From a virus, in the IMG/VR virus record IMGVR_UViG_3300046513_000137, positions 1-39,727 of that record: a stretch of 39,727 nt of DNA; one strand, written 5' to 3'. Positions within the stretch are counted from its first letter, which is position 1, and each line of letters begins with the position of its first letter. The notes under the pieces were generated by a model, which was given only the letters and a program-made list of their open reading frames with translations, had not been told where the DNA came from and made no database searches. This document shows, one piece after another, positions 30,886 to 39,376 of the stretch. The position numbers and the translations under genes are program-made.

Positions 30886-31952
30886 TGGTGTCTCCTAAGA
30901 CGAAATTCCTTGAATGGGACCCAACCGCCAGCAACAACACCGATATTGCCGGCATATCAATTCTCGGCACGGCGGCTGTTGACAATTTCGACGATGCTTT
31001 GCGAACTGTCATGGCGCAGCTTCGCTCAGGCGTCGATGGGGAAGTTGTCTATGCGGCGAAGTCAAGCGGCTACACTGCTGTTGCCAACGACAACAACGCT
31101 ATCCTACGCTTCACGGCCTCGGCAACGCTCTCGCTAACTGCCGCCGCCACTCTAGCCACGAACTGGCATATCACGGTCATGGCGCAGGGCGGGGATGTCA
31201 CCATTGATCCAAACGCTTCGGAGACGATTAATGGGGCGACCACGCTCCTAGTTCGGGATGGCCAGGCTGCCTTCATCGTATGCAATGGCACGGCATTCTT
31301 TGCCACGGTCGTCAGCACGGCGATCTTCGGCATCAAGGGTGCAGACATCGCCTCAGCGGCCACGACCGATCTCAGTACCGCTACCGGCGATTACGTCAAC
31401 ATCACCGGCACGACGACCATCACGAGCTTCGGGACGGCGCCGGCTGGGACGAGGCGCGCGCTAAAGTTCGCGAACAATCTGACCCTGACGAATAACGCAA
31501 ACATCGTCCTGCGGAATGGTGCGACGATGGAAACCTTCCCCGGCGCGATCATGGAGTTTGTGTCCGAAGGCGGTGGGGTCTGGCGGCAGGTCTGCAACAC
31601 GCCGTCGCGAAATAGCTGGACGCCGACCGTATCCTCGTCTTCTGGAACGATAACGACGGCATCTGCATCCGGTTATTACTACAAAACATCGAACATCATC
31701 ACCATCGTGGTAGTCATCAACATCACCACCAATGGGACTGGTGCACAGTCTGTCGTCATCTCTCTCCCGATCGCCAACAACGCCAGCTTCGGCGGCATTG
31801 TAACAGGCCGAGAAACGAATATCGGTGGCAAGACGGTTACGGGTTACGTCGCTGCTGGCAGTTCTTCTATGGCTATCACCAACTACGACAACACGTACCC
31901 CGGCTCAAGCGGTGCCGTTATTCGTCTTACCGGCCAATACGTAGCTGATTAA
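30885..31952 (+). CDS. tail fibre / receptor-binding protein
   Basis: The N-terminus WDPTASNNTDIAGISILGTAAVDNFDDALRTVMAQLR resembles the conserved tail-fibre N-terminus of alphaproteobacterial phages. The C-terminus is T/S/G-rich and beta-like. Confidence 0.6.
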   Translation: MVSPKTKFLEWDPTASNNTDIAGISILGTAAVDNFDDALRTVMAQLRSGVDGEVVYAAKSSGYTAVANDNNAILRFTASATLSLTAAATLATNWHITVMAQGGDVTIDPNASETINGATTLLVRDGQAAFIVCNGTAFFATVVSTAIFGIKGADIASAATTDLSTATGDYVNITGTTTITSFGTAPAGTRRALKFANNLTLTNNANIVLRNGATMETFPGAIMEFVSEGGGVWRQVCNTPSRNSWTPTVSSSSGTITTASASGYYYKTSNIITIVVVINITTNGTGAQSVVISLPIANNASFGGIVTGRETNIGGKTVTGYVAAGSSSMAITNYDNTYPGSSGAVIRLTGQYVAD

Positions 31953-31959
31953 GGGGGAA

Positions 31960-32979
31960 ATGATGGACGCGCGCGATCAGACGATTGACACGACCAAATA
32001 TGTGTTCGGAGCCGAGTATACCTATGCTTGGCTCCACTACCTTAGAACATCAACCTTTGGCTCTCCGCGTAATGTCGTCTTCACTGGCGATAGCGTGACG
32101 GCCAATGCCATGATCACAGACGCCCTGTATTATAGGGAAACTATGTTCCGGCAGATGGCCGCACGAGACGGTATGGGCGACATGTTTGCGTGTGTGAACC
32201 ACGGCCATCCTGGGGACACCACCAAAGATTGGTTCGATACCCATATTGCGGACGATCTTTCCTCAAACCCGATCATGCTTGTTACCCAATGGGGTGCCAA
32301 CGATCCGGCTGGGAAAGCTGGCCCTCCAGCAGTTTCGCCGCTGAGCGACAAGCAGTCGAAATATTATTTGCGGGGATGCCTGGAGCGGGCCAGAACCGTA
32401 AGCATGGGTGGCAAGCCAGTTCAGGACATGACGATTGTCCTCATGATGCCGAATTCGATGTCCGACACGCCTTATGGCCGAGATGCTGAGCGGGTCGCAG
32501 AGATCAGCGGGTTCTACATGGAGGCTGCCAGAGATTACGACTGCTGTTTCATCGATACCTACGGCTACGCTCGCGATGTTCGGTGGGCATCGGGCTCAGC
32601 GTTCGACAACTACTTCGGCAACTACGTGTCTATCCACCCGCTGGAAGATATGCAGTTCCTATACATGACGCTTCTCTACGAGGCCGTCATGCCACGTGCG
32701 CTTCTGACGACGGTCAGCCGCAATTGGAACGTCAATATCTCTGGGAATACCCTGAAGGTCGCGGCTGGAACCCCCCTCACGTCTTACCAGTACGGGGACA
32801 GCAAGTACCGCTGTAACTCCGATGTAAGCTGGGCTTACAAGGATGGATGGGTGGAGACGAAGCGAACCGCTGACGGGTTCGGGGCGCAATTCAATTATGG
32901 CCTCGCTGGCAGCAACGGGTGCGCTCGACGCAACTGGAACCACGTATCGAGTTCTTGGCTTTCTTGGGTCACCTTATGA
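31960..32979 (+). CDS. SGNH/GDSL-family esterase (339 aa)
   Basis: Block I VVFTGDSVT, block II HGHPGDTT, block III WGANDP. No signal peptide is evident. Codons end in T more often than in the core structural genes. Confidence 0.7.
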   Translation: MMDARDQTIDTTKYVFGAEYTYAWLHYLRTSTFGSPRNVVFTGDSVTANAMITDALYYRETMFRQMAARDGMGDMFACVNHGHPGDTTKDWFDTHIADDLSSNPIMLVTQWGANDPAGKAGPPAVSPLSDKQSKYYLRGCLERARTVSMGGKPVQDMTIVLMMPNSMSDTPYGRDAERVAEISGFYMEAARDYDCCFIDTYGYARDVRWASGSAFDNYFGNYVSIHPLEDMQFLYMTLLYEAVMPRALLTTVSRNWNVNISGNTLKVAAGTPLTSYQYGDSKYRCNSDVSWAYKDGWVETKRTADGFGAQFNYGLAGSNGCARRNWNHVSSSWLSWVTL

Positions 32980-33197
32980 GGATAGCAATGGAAAACGTGT
33001 TTTATACGCAGTGCCTATCGATCGCTAACGAGTACATCGCACGCTTGTCTGCCGCTGGGAACGATATCACTTCAAGCGTTGCCGAGACTGCCGCAAAGCA
33101 GGCTGCTGAAAATCAGGATCTGATCGACAACCCCAACGACTTGAAGACAACGTGGACGGTTGAGAATTACGTTCGCGAGGCCGCTGGCTTGAACTGA
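32976..33197 (+). CDS. hypothetical protein (73 aa)
   Basis: Start is the internal ATG 32976, with an ATGA overlap with the SGNH stop. Confidence 0.5.
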   Translation: MRIAMENVFYTQCLSIANEYIARLSAAGNDITSSVAETAAKQAAENQDLIDNPNDLKTTWTVENYVREAAGLN

Positions 33198-33223
33198 GCA
33201 AGCCAACATATTATCGGTTGCAC

Positions 33224-34336
33224 ATGGAAAAAAGTAGCCGTTTCGAGTTCATCCATCTGCTTCGCGGCTTCGCGCCGCTGCTCGTCGTATGGGCTCACCT
33301 TGCGGACTGGTGGCCTAACCGGAATGGAATCCATTGGGTAGGTCAGGACATCTGGCTGGAATGGGTCGTCAGACCTCTGCAGCTCTCCCAATTCGGCGGC
33401 CATCTCGGCGTTGTTGTCTTCTTTCTCATCAGTGGGTTTGTGATAACTCACGTATCGCTGAGAGAGACCAGAGAGGCTTTCGCCGCTCGACGCGTCTATC
33501 GGCTGGCTCCGGTACTGTTCATTGCAACCGTCCTAACTGTACTCGCGGCAAGGTTCACCAACTGGATGGGCTCGCCTCCGATGATCGGAGTAGGTGCCAC
33601 GTCTTCGGTCGACGTTCTCCTGAATGTGACGCTACTTTCGTGGTTCGTGGGAACCCCATGGGTTTTGAGCGTGACGTGGACGCTCCTGATCGAGGTCGTT
33701 TTTTACTGCATCGTACTGGTGGTAATCCCGATCAGCGGGAAGGCCCCTGTACGAGCGACGGTTGTCATGCTGCTGCTGTCGATAGCGGTTATCGTCCCCG
33801 TCCAACTCCTGAGCGATGACTCGGCTCAATATCTGGATAGGATCATCTATCTTCCGTTCCTGATCTGCGGGCGGTGTCTGTATTTTATGCGGGACAGGTT
33901 CTCGTGGCGATGGGTTTCCCTTGCAGGTATAAGCCTACTTCTCTTCGGAGCATTCCATGTGATGCGCTTCGGGGATGGTCTATGGGCTTCCAAATACCCG
34001 CCTGTTGCCACCTACGGGATCGCCTTGGCGATGTTCATTGGCTGCATGTACGCGCCACTAAACAGGACTCCGCAGCCGTTCCGCTGGCTGGGTGACATCA
34101 GTTATTCACTATACCTGCTTCACCTTCCGGTAGGCGCGACTATCCTCGCCGTGGCTACGAAGTTTGGACTTCCATTCGCCCCGGCGTTCATCTTAGCAAT
34201 CGGTGTCAGTTGCCTAGTGTCTACGGCCTCATACAAGCTGGTAGAGGTTCCATTCCAAAGCCTCGGTAGGCGACGGGCGCGACCGGGGCAAATCGGGCTC
34301 AACCTCTACGCCGAGATGCGAAAGCCGAAGGCGTAA
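33224..34336 (+). CDS. acyltransferase family 3 (OafA/YrhL-type) integral membrane O-acyltransferase
   Basis: FEFIHLLRGFAPLLVVWAHL is followed by about 10 hydrophobic segments, then ISYSLYLLHLPV. This pattern is typical of the AT3 family. ATG 33224 is preferred over TTG 33218. Confidence 0.85.
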   Translation: MEKSSRFEFIHLLRGFAPLLVVWAHLADWWPNRNGIHWVGQDIWLEWVVRPLQLSQFGGHLGVVVFFLISGFVITHVSLRETREAFAARRVYRLAPVLFIATVLTVLAARFTNWMGSPPMIGVGATSSVDVLLNVTLLSWFVGTPWVLSVTWTLLIEVVFYCIVLVVIPISGKAPVRATVVMLLLSIAVIVPVQLLSDDSAQYLDRIIYLPFLICGRCLYFMRDRFSWRWVSLAGISLLLFGAFHVMRFGDGLWASKYPPVATYGIALAMFIGCMYAPLNRTPQPFRWLGDISYSLYLLHLPVGATILAVATKFGLPFAPAFILAIGVSCLVSTASYKLVEVPFQSLGRRRARPGQIGLNLYAEMRKPKA

Positions 34337-34360
34337 CGGCCATCACATAGACTAACAGCA

Positions 34361-34385
34361 AGGCTCGCTTCGGCGGGCCTTTTTC
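34361..34385 (+). terminator. Rho-independent terminator after the acyltransferase gene
   Basis: AGGCTCGC, loop TTCG, GCGGGCCT (8 bp including one G-U pair, UUCG loop), followed by TTTTT. Confidence 0.65.
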
Positions 34386-34408
34386 ACACCCACAATCTGG
34401 AGCTTTCA

Positions 34409-35152
34409 ATGGATCGCGCGATCTTCTTCGCCGCGTTGCGCCGTCGCGCATCCGGTGTTTTTGGCACGTCTCTCACTCAAGGGCAGGTAGACGGCATCAA
34501 CGGCATTCTCGATGCCTTCGCCACCCACGGTGACGGACGAGACAAGACGCTCGCCTATGCCCTCGCTACGGCATACCACGAAACCGGCGCCCGCATGGTC
34601 CCCGTCAGAGAGGGCTTTGCCAAGGATGACGCCAGCGCCCGCCGCATCGTCGCCAAACGCGCCTACGGCCAGCCTGCGGGCAAATACGGCCATGTCTATT
34701 ATGGTCGCGGCCAAGTCCAGTTGACGTGGTTGAAGAACTACGACACGTCGTCGAAGGACGCTGGCTATGACCTCGTAGCCTATCCCGACAAGATGCTCGA
34801 TCCGGTCATCTCGGCGCGGGTGATGATCAAGGGGCTGCTGGACGGCCGATGGAACGGCGCAGGGAAGGGGATTGCCACTTATCTCCCCACAAACGGCCCT
34901 GACGACCTCAAGAACGCGCGCCGCACAGTCAACGTGACCGACAAGTGGGAGCTGATCGGCGGCTACTACACGGCTTTCCTGTCGGCCATCAAGGAAGCGG
35001 GAGGCGTGCCGGTCAATGCACCAACCCCGCAGCCTGTTCCTGTTCCCCAGCAAAAGCCCGTCACCATCGAGCCGCAACCCGTTTCAGGCGGAGACTGGCT
35101 CGCAGTTCTCACCAAGGCAATCGCTGCCATCTTCACAAGGAAAACGACATGA
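34409..35152 (+). CDS. endolysin (GH19/chitinase-like lysozyme family)
   Basis: LAYALATAYHETG ... HVYYGRGQVQLTWLKNY matches the phage GH19-type lysin blocks. It is followed by small membrane-protein genes. Confidence 0.8.
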   Translation: MDRAIFFAALRRRASGVFGTSLTQGQVDGINGILDAFATHGDGRDKTLAYALATAYHETGARMVPVREGFAKDDASARRIVAKRAYGQPAGKYGHVYYGRGQVQLTWLKNYDTSSKDAGYDLVAYPDKMLDPVISARVMIKGLLDGRWNGAGKGIATYLPTNGPDDLKNARRTVNVTDKWELIGGYYTAFLSAIKEAGGVPVNAPTPQPVPVPQQKPVTIEPQPVSGGDWLAVLTKAIAAIFTRKTT

Positions 35153-35340
35153 TCGCAGTCTTAGCAAGAATCGCCGCCCGTTACGTGGCAGGCTTCCTCA
35201 TCGCCAAGGGCTTCCTCGACGCTGGAACCGGCAACATGCTCGCCACAGACCCGGATGTTCTGACGCTCGTTGGTCTTGGCATCGGCGTGCTGACCGAGCT
35301 TGCCTACACGGTAGCAAGAAAAATGGGCTGGGAAAAATGA
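35149..35340 (+). CDS. holin-like small membrane protein (63 aa, two hydrophobic segments)
   Basis: Start is the internal ATG 35149 with an ATGA overlap with the endolysin stop. MIAVLARIAARYVAGFLIAKGF ... VLTLVGLGIGVLTELAY. Confidence 0.6.
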   Translation: MIAVLARIAARYVAGFLIAKGFLDAGTGNMLATDPDVLTLVGLGIGVLTELAYTVARKMGWEK

Positions 35341-35711
35341 TCTGGTCGCTCATCCTCGGGCTGTTCAAAGGGCCACTCGGTCGCATTCTCGACACCGTGG
35401 ATCGCAAGGTGGACAGCGAAACTGAACGGCAGAGGATCAAGACGGAAGCCGTGCAGACCTACGTCAACGCACAGGCACAGGTACTCACCGGTCGCGGTTG
35501 GTGGTTCCCGATCCTCTTCCTCGTCCCGGCTGGCTTCTGGTTCGGCGCTGTGTGCGTCTATTCCGTGCTCTGGTGCAGAGGGTGCGCCTATCCGCAGGAA
35601 TGGACCATCGCCGCGCTCCCGCCTCCCTTGTCCGACTGGATGGGGGCAATTGTCGGCTCTCTCTTCATCGGGAAAGCAGGCGAGCAGATCCTCGCCAAGT
35701 GGCGCAAATAG
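35337..35711 (+). CDS. lysis-cassette membrane protein (124 aa; holin/antiholin or spanin-like)
   Basis: Start is the internal ATG 35337 with an ATGA overlap. Several hydrophobic segments (WWFPILFLVPAGFWFGAVCVYSVLW). Confidence 0.55.
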   Translation: MIWSLILGLFKGPLGRILDTVDRKVDSETERQRIKTEAVQTYVNAQAQVLTGRGWWFPILFLVPAGFWFGAVCVYSVLWCRGCAYPQEWTIAALPPPLSDWMGAIVGSLFIGKAGEQILAKWRK

Positions 35712-35875
35712 CAAGCGGCTCGACATCGCGCGCCAACGTGATGCCGAGCCTGACCGCATGATTCGGTGAAGGAATCACGAGGCTGCCGGACGTTACCGGC
35801 GAATGTGTTCCTAATTCATTAAATGGCATTCGCATCAAAGGGGCACGGGAATTGACGCCAACGGACGAAGGTACG

Positions 35876-36199
35876 ATGCATCGAGAAATCGGCATGCTAA
35901 CGGCGAAAGTCGATATGATCCTTGAGGGGGTTCGAAGGTCGGAAGAGAAATCCGACGCGAGCCGTGCTTCAATGCACAGGCGTATGGACGAGATCGTCGA
36001 TCGCGTGAGCAAGGTGGAGCTCACCACGGCGGCGGTTCAGGAAGATGTTTCCGAGATGAAGCCCATTACTGATGATGTGAAGATGTGGCGGCAGCGTGGG
36101 ATAGGTGCATTGGCCATCGTTGGCATTGGGGCCTCGGCACTGACCTTCATTGCAACGAAGTTTGGCGCGTACCTCGTGACATGGGCGGCTGGGCGGTAG
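35876..36199 (+). CDS. DUF1515-like coiled-coil protein with C-terminal membrane anchor (i-spanin-like)
   Basis: MHREIGMLTAKVDMILEGVRRSEEKSD ... GIGALAIVGIGASALTFIATKFGAYLV. ATG 35876 is preferred over TTG 35852. Confidence 0.55.
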   Translation: MHREIGMLTAKVDMILEGVRRSEEKSDASRASMHRRMDEIVDRVSKVELTTAAVQEDVSEMKPITDDVKMWRQRGIGALAIVGIGASALTFIATKFGAYLVTWAAGR

Positions 36200-36377
36200 T
36201 TTCGTCACCTCCCGAACGAATTAGAAGAATCTCATAAAGCGTCTTGACTCTCCGGTTTGAATCCTCACCTGATTCGGCCAGAGGTGAGATATGTCCGAAT
36301 ACGTAGGTGAACACATCAGCATCCGCGACTGCATCGTCTGCGTCGAGAAGCGGCCTAAGACAAAGCGCGGGCAACGG

Positions 36378-36674
36378 TCACTTGACGCCGGGGCTTAAGC
36401 CGTTGTGTGCGAGGAGCCTATCATAATACTCCTCGACCCTCCGCATAGCCTCCCGGCCTTCGGGTTCGAACCCCTGATGTGACAGCAATCGTTTCGGCAC
36501 TCTTGGCCCATGCGCGGACCACAGCCATTTCCCTTTCATCGGGCCGTGCGGCTGCTTCTGGATTCTCCCGATCACAATCTCCCCGTCATACCCTGACCAA
36601 TCGGAATCGGTCGGCACGTCGTTCTCGTCGATCTTGGTTCGGCGCCATTTGTATTTGGGTTGATACTGCGCCAT
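36378..36674 (-). CDS. hypothetical protein (98 aa) on the far side of attP
   Basis: Start is the internal ATG 36674 (MAQYQPKYKWRR...) of ORF 36378..36905. The upstream 77 codons run through the tRNA-like and arm-repeat DNA, so I discounted them. Confidence 0.5.
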   Translation of the reverse strand: MAQYQPKYKWRRTKIDENDVPTDSDWSGYDGEIVIGRIQKQPHGPMKGKWLWSAHGPRVPKRLLSHQGFEPEGREAMRRVEEYYDRLLAHNGLSPGVK

Positions 36675-36692
36675 GAAAATCAGCCCTAAACC

Positions 36693-36894
36693 GTTGTGCA
36701 AAACGAGGGATTTTGCATCGTATTTCATCGGTTTTCGCGATGACGTTGTGCAAAAATAATCAATAGAAACAATGGACCGAAAGAATTTTAAGTCCCTTGC
36801 GTCTACCAGTTTCGCCACGCTCGCATTCAATGATCCCAATAACTTAGCGAATCTGATTTGGGAAGCTTTGCACAACGCCTTTTTTGTTGTGCAA
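36693..36894. mobile_element. Candidate attP: core flanked by four arm-type repeats GTTGTGCAAA
   Basis: Copies lie at 36693-36702 (+), 36745-36754 (+) and 36885-36894 (+), with an inverted copy TTTGCACAAC at 36867-36876. They flank the tRNA-like core and lie directly downstream of the int stop. Confidence 0.55.
36786..36824 (-). other. tRNA-Leu(UAA) 5'-half look-alike (acceptor 5' strand, D-arm, anticodon stem 5' strand and loop). Putative attP core.
   Basis: The minus strand reads GCGAGCG TG GCGAAACTGGTAGACGC A AGGGA CTTAAAA. The D-arm is of class-II Leu type and the anticodon is TAA. No matching 3' anticodon-stem strand, variable arm or T-arm follows. Confidence 0.55.
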
Positions 36895-36901
36895 ACCGTG
36901 T

Positions 36902-38083
36902 TCATTTATCGTTCTTGCCTTTGAAGACTTTGAGGCGCCCGAGCTCCTTCTCGACGTGGCGCGTATAGTGCTCTCCCATGCGTCTTGAGCGATCCCCGAG
37001 AGCATCTGCTACAATCCCGGTATCGAAGCCTTGGCGCCTGATGGCTGCCGCGTAAGTGACGCGCAGGCCATGAAGCGTGCAGCCTTCCCGGATTAGTCCA
37101 TCCGCCTTCAGTTCGGACAGATAATCGCTCACAGCCCCCTGCATGCCTTTCTCATTTTTCCACGGCAGACCATCACTATTGAGGCAGATCGTTGTTGCCT
37201 TAACAGCCGCGTCGGCACGGATGGCTTCCAAAGCGTCGAGGTGAAGCCGCGTCTCGGGAGAGCACGGGAACCAACTCGCCTCATTGTTCTTCCGGAGGAT
37301 GACGGAGAAGGCTTTCCCGGTCTTGGCGTCTGGGATGTAGTTCCGCCAGGTGAGGGCGGCGCAAGTCTGGCCTCGGAACCCTTGGTAACGGGCGAGGATC
37401 AGCGGCGTCAAAATAGCGTCGGAAGCAAGCCAGATCGCGGTCTGCACTTCCTCGTCTGTCCATTCGTGGTTGGCGTTCGGGTCGGCCGTGTGAAGCTTCT
37501 CGACCCCGCCTGCCGGGTTCTGGATCATCTTCCCGACTTTGACGGCTTCCTTGAACATCGTCGACAGATGGCTGACGAGCTTGTCGGCAAACCTTCCCCA
37601 CTTGTCTTTCGCGGCCTTGTTCCGCATCCCGTAAATGCTCGGCTGCGTGATGATGGATACCGGGAAATTGTAAACGGGGCCGGCCGTCTCGTGTTTGGCC
37701 GCCTCTAGGTACGTGAAGGACTTCTCATAGTCCTCTTTGCTGGCTTCCGACAGCTTATCCCACCGGGGGCATTCTTCCTTAAACCACTTTATGATAGCGC
37801 CGAGAGTTCCCTCGTCATATGAAGGGCTCCGGTCGCGAGTCTCTGCCTGAAGGTGCTTCACGCGGAAATCATGACTTGCGATCAGGCGATCGAGCTGGTC
37901 GCGCGTTCCTTCGAAGCCCTTGATAAGGGTTTCACCAGTCGACCGGTAGGAAACATACCATTTCCCCCGGGACTGGCGAATGTTCAGGCCTTTAAGCGGC
38001 ACCTTTACCACCACTGAAGAAATCCTCGAACTTGACCACCGAGGACTGTTTAACATTCGGGTCGAGAGATGCCATCCATTCAT
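36902..38083 (-). CDS. int: tyrosine-recombinase integrase
   Basis: Catalytic blocks are LHGLRVTYAAAI (H-x-x-R) and MGEHYTRHV (Tyr). The true start is probably downstream of 38083, for example GTG 38014 after GAGGA. Confidence 0.9.
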   Translation of the reverse strand: MNGWHLSTRMLNSPRWSSSRISSVVVKVPLKGLNIRQSRGKWYVSYRSTGETLIKGFEGTRDQLDRLIASHDFRVKHLQAETRDRSPSYDEGTLGAIIKWFKEECPRWDKLSEASKEDYEKSFTYLEAAKHETAGPVYNFPVSIITQPSIYGMRNKAAKDKWGRFADKLVSHLSTMFKEAVKVGKMIQNPAGGVEKLHTADPNANHEWTDEEVQTAIWLASDAILTPLILARYQGFRGQTCAALTWRNYIPDAKTGKAFSVILRKNNEASWFPCSPETRLHLDALEAIRADAAVKATTICLNSDGLPWKNEKGMQGAVSDYLSELKADGLIREGCTLHGLRVTYAAAIRRQGFDTGIVADALGDRSRRMGEHYTRHVEKELGRLKVFKGKNDK

Positions 38084-38246
38084 CGAGTCTTTGGCGAAGA
38101 TATCGATGGCCCCATGTGGATTGGGTGTATTTCAGTGGCCTGACAGGGCAAACCTCCTTGAAAAGATCGACTGACAGGCCACAGTATGCGGCCGCCATCT
38201 TCTGGTTCATCGCTGCCGGCCAATATGGGAGCATATTCTCCGTCAT
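37992..38246 (-). CDS. excisionase-like small DNA-binding protein
   Basis: Start ATG 38246 (MTENMLPYWPAAMNQKMAAAYCGLSVDLFKEV...) has an ATGA overlap. Its position directly upstream of int and overlapping it, together with the pattern, fits HTH_17/Xis-type proteins. Confidence 0.5.
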   Translation of the reverse strand: MTENMLPYWPAAMNQKMAAAYCGLSVDLFKEVCPVRPLKYTQSTWGHRYLRQRLDEWMASLDPNVKQSSVVKFEDFFSGGKGAA

Positions 38247-38635
38247 CGTCCGTCGATCCTCCATTGATTAATAACCGCCGTCGCGAAAGGCGCTGCATCG
38301 TCGCCCATGTCCGAGAATAGGCCCCAGATGACGAGGCAGAGCGTGTGCGGGTCGCGTCCGCGCCAGAAGGTGTGCTCACCGATCTGGTGTTGCCGGTGGT
38401 GCTCTTCCTGGCAGATCGGGAGCGCCCAGCGGTCAGGAGCCTTCCGACCTTTGCCCCGGCCATAGTGGCCATGCTGGGGTGAGGCCATCGACAGGTGCGC
38501 CGCTTCGACGCCATACCGGCCTGTCAGCACGCATGGGAGGTCATGGAGGAACGACAAGTAGTCCTTGCTCTTGGCTGGCTTCTTCTTCGGGAACGGATCA
38601 GGCGCGGCGCTCGCGGCGATTCGGAAAGCGGTCAT
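38243..38635 (-). CDS. DUF968/HNH-like Cys/His-rich protein (130 aa)
   Basis: Start is the internal ATG 38635. LPCVLTG ... AAHL ... DRWALPICQEEHHRQHQIGEHTFW resembles the DUF968 'LPC..C...HH...kpsD...iPLC..HH...H' pattern, recalled from memory. Confidence 0.5.
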   Translation of the reverse strand: MTAFRIAASAAPDPFPKKKPAKSKDYLSFLHDLPCVLTGRYGVEAAHLSMASPQHGHYGRGKGRKAPDRWALPICQEEHHRQHQIGEHTFWRGRDPHTLCLVIWGLFSDMGDDAAPFATAVINQWRIDGR

Positions 38636-38952
38636 TCGGCGCCTCCATCCCGGCAATTCTCCGGAGTTTCGCCATTTGGACCCGATGCGTTCACGGTGGT
38701 TACGTTACGGTAGAAGAAATCGTCTGCGGCTACCGTCGCGTGACCAAGCGTGCTGGCAAGATGAAGGATGTTCTCGGAAGACGACTTGCCGGAATAGACC
38801 GTGAATAGATGAGCAGCGGCCGTCATCAGCATCATGATCGCATCTGCCGGATCGGTCCCGGCTTGCTGGCAGATAGCCTTTGCAGCAGCTTCTATAGCCA
38901 GAACGCGGCCCTGCGGATCATTTGGAGGCTTCCCCGTAATCTCAATCTGCAT
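38632..38952 (-). CDS. hypothetical protein (106 aa)
   Basis: Start is the internal ATG 38952 (MQIEITGKPPNDPQ...) of ORF 38632..39198. Confidence 0.55.
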   Translation of the reverse strand: MQIEITGKPPNDPQGRVLAIEAAAKAICQQAGTDPADAIMMLMTAAAHLFTVYSGKSSSENILHLASTLGHATVAADDFFYRNVTTVNASGPNGETPENCRDGGAE

Positions 38953-39376
38953 TGGACGCCTCCTTGCGGTATTCGGATAGGGCGGTACGGGCGGTATGTT
39001 GCCGCCAAACAGTCTGATTGCGGTAATAGTCGAACGCGGCCTTGAAGAAGGACTTCGACCCGTCTTTGTGCTCTTCCATGATAGATTGGAAGCCGTAGCC
39101 TGCCTTGGAAATGTCCTCCAGCGCCGTCGCCAGCTTTTCGCATGTGGCTTCTGCGATCTCGGCTCGCATGCGTTGCTGATCTTTGAGGCCAACCGCACCG
39201 TTGAACTTCCTCGTCATAGTGAGGAGTTCCGCTTCCGCCTTCTCGGCTCTGGAGCGGAGGGATTCGATGGTTTCGTCTCGGCGCTTCGATTCCGCTATGT
39301 ATGCTTCATCGCTTATTTCGCTCTCCAGCCACATTTCTCGGAAAACAAAGAGCGGGATTTTGGTGATATCGGTCAT
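38942..39376 (-). CDS. hypothetical coiled-coil protein (144 aa)
   Basis: Listed in the ORF track. ATGA overlap with the stop of the PAPS-reductase-like gene. Confidence 0.65.
   Translation of the reverse strand: MTDITKIPLFVFREMWLESEISDEAYIAESKRRDETIESLRSRAEKAEAELLTMTRKFNGAVGLKDQQRMRAEIAEATCEKLATALEDISKAGYGFQSIMEEHKDGSKSFFKAAFDYYRNQTVWRQHTARTALSEYRKEASNAD

Noticed and set aside
30885-32979. A BPP-1-style diversity-generating retroelement near the tail fibre.
   Set aside because: No reverse transcriptase gene is present anywhere in the window, and I saw no template/variable repeat pair around the receptor-binding genes.
36675-36905. The N-terminal 77 codons of the 175-aa ORF 36378..36905 as real coding sequence.
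   Set aside because: - This part reads through the arm-type repeats and the tRNA-like core.
- It overlaps the int stop.
- It has no SD.
- I shortened the gene to start at ATG 36674.
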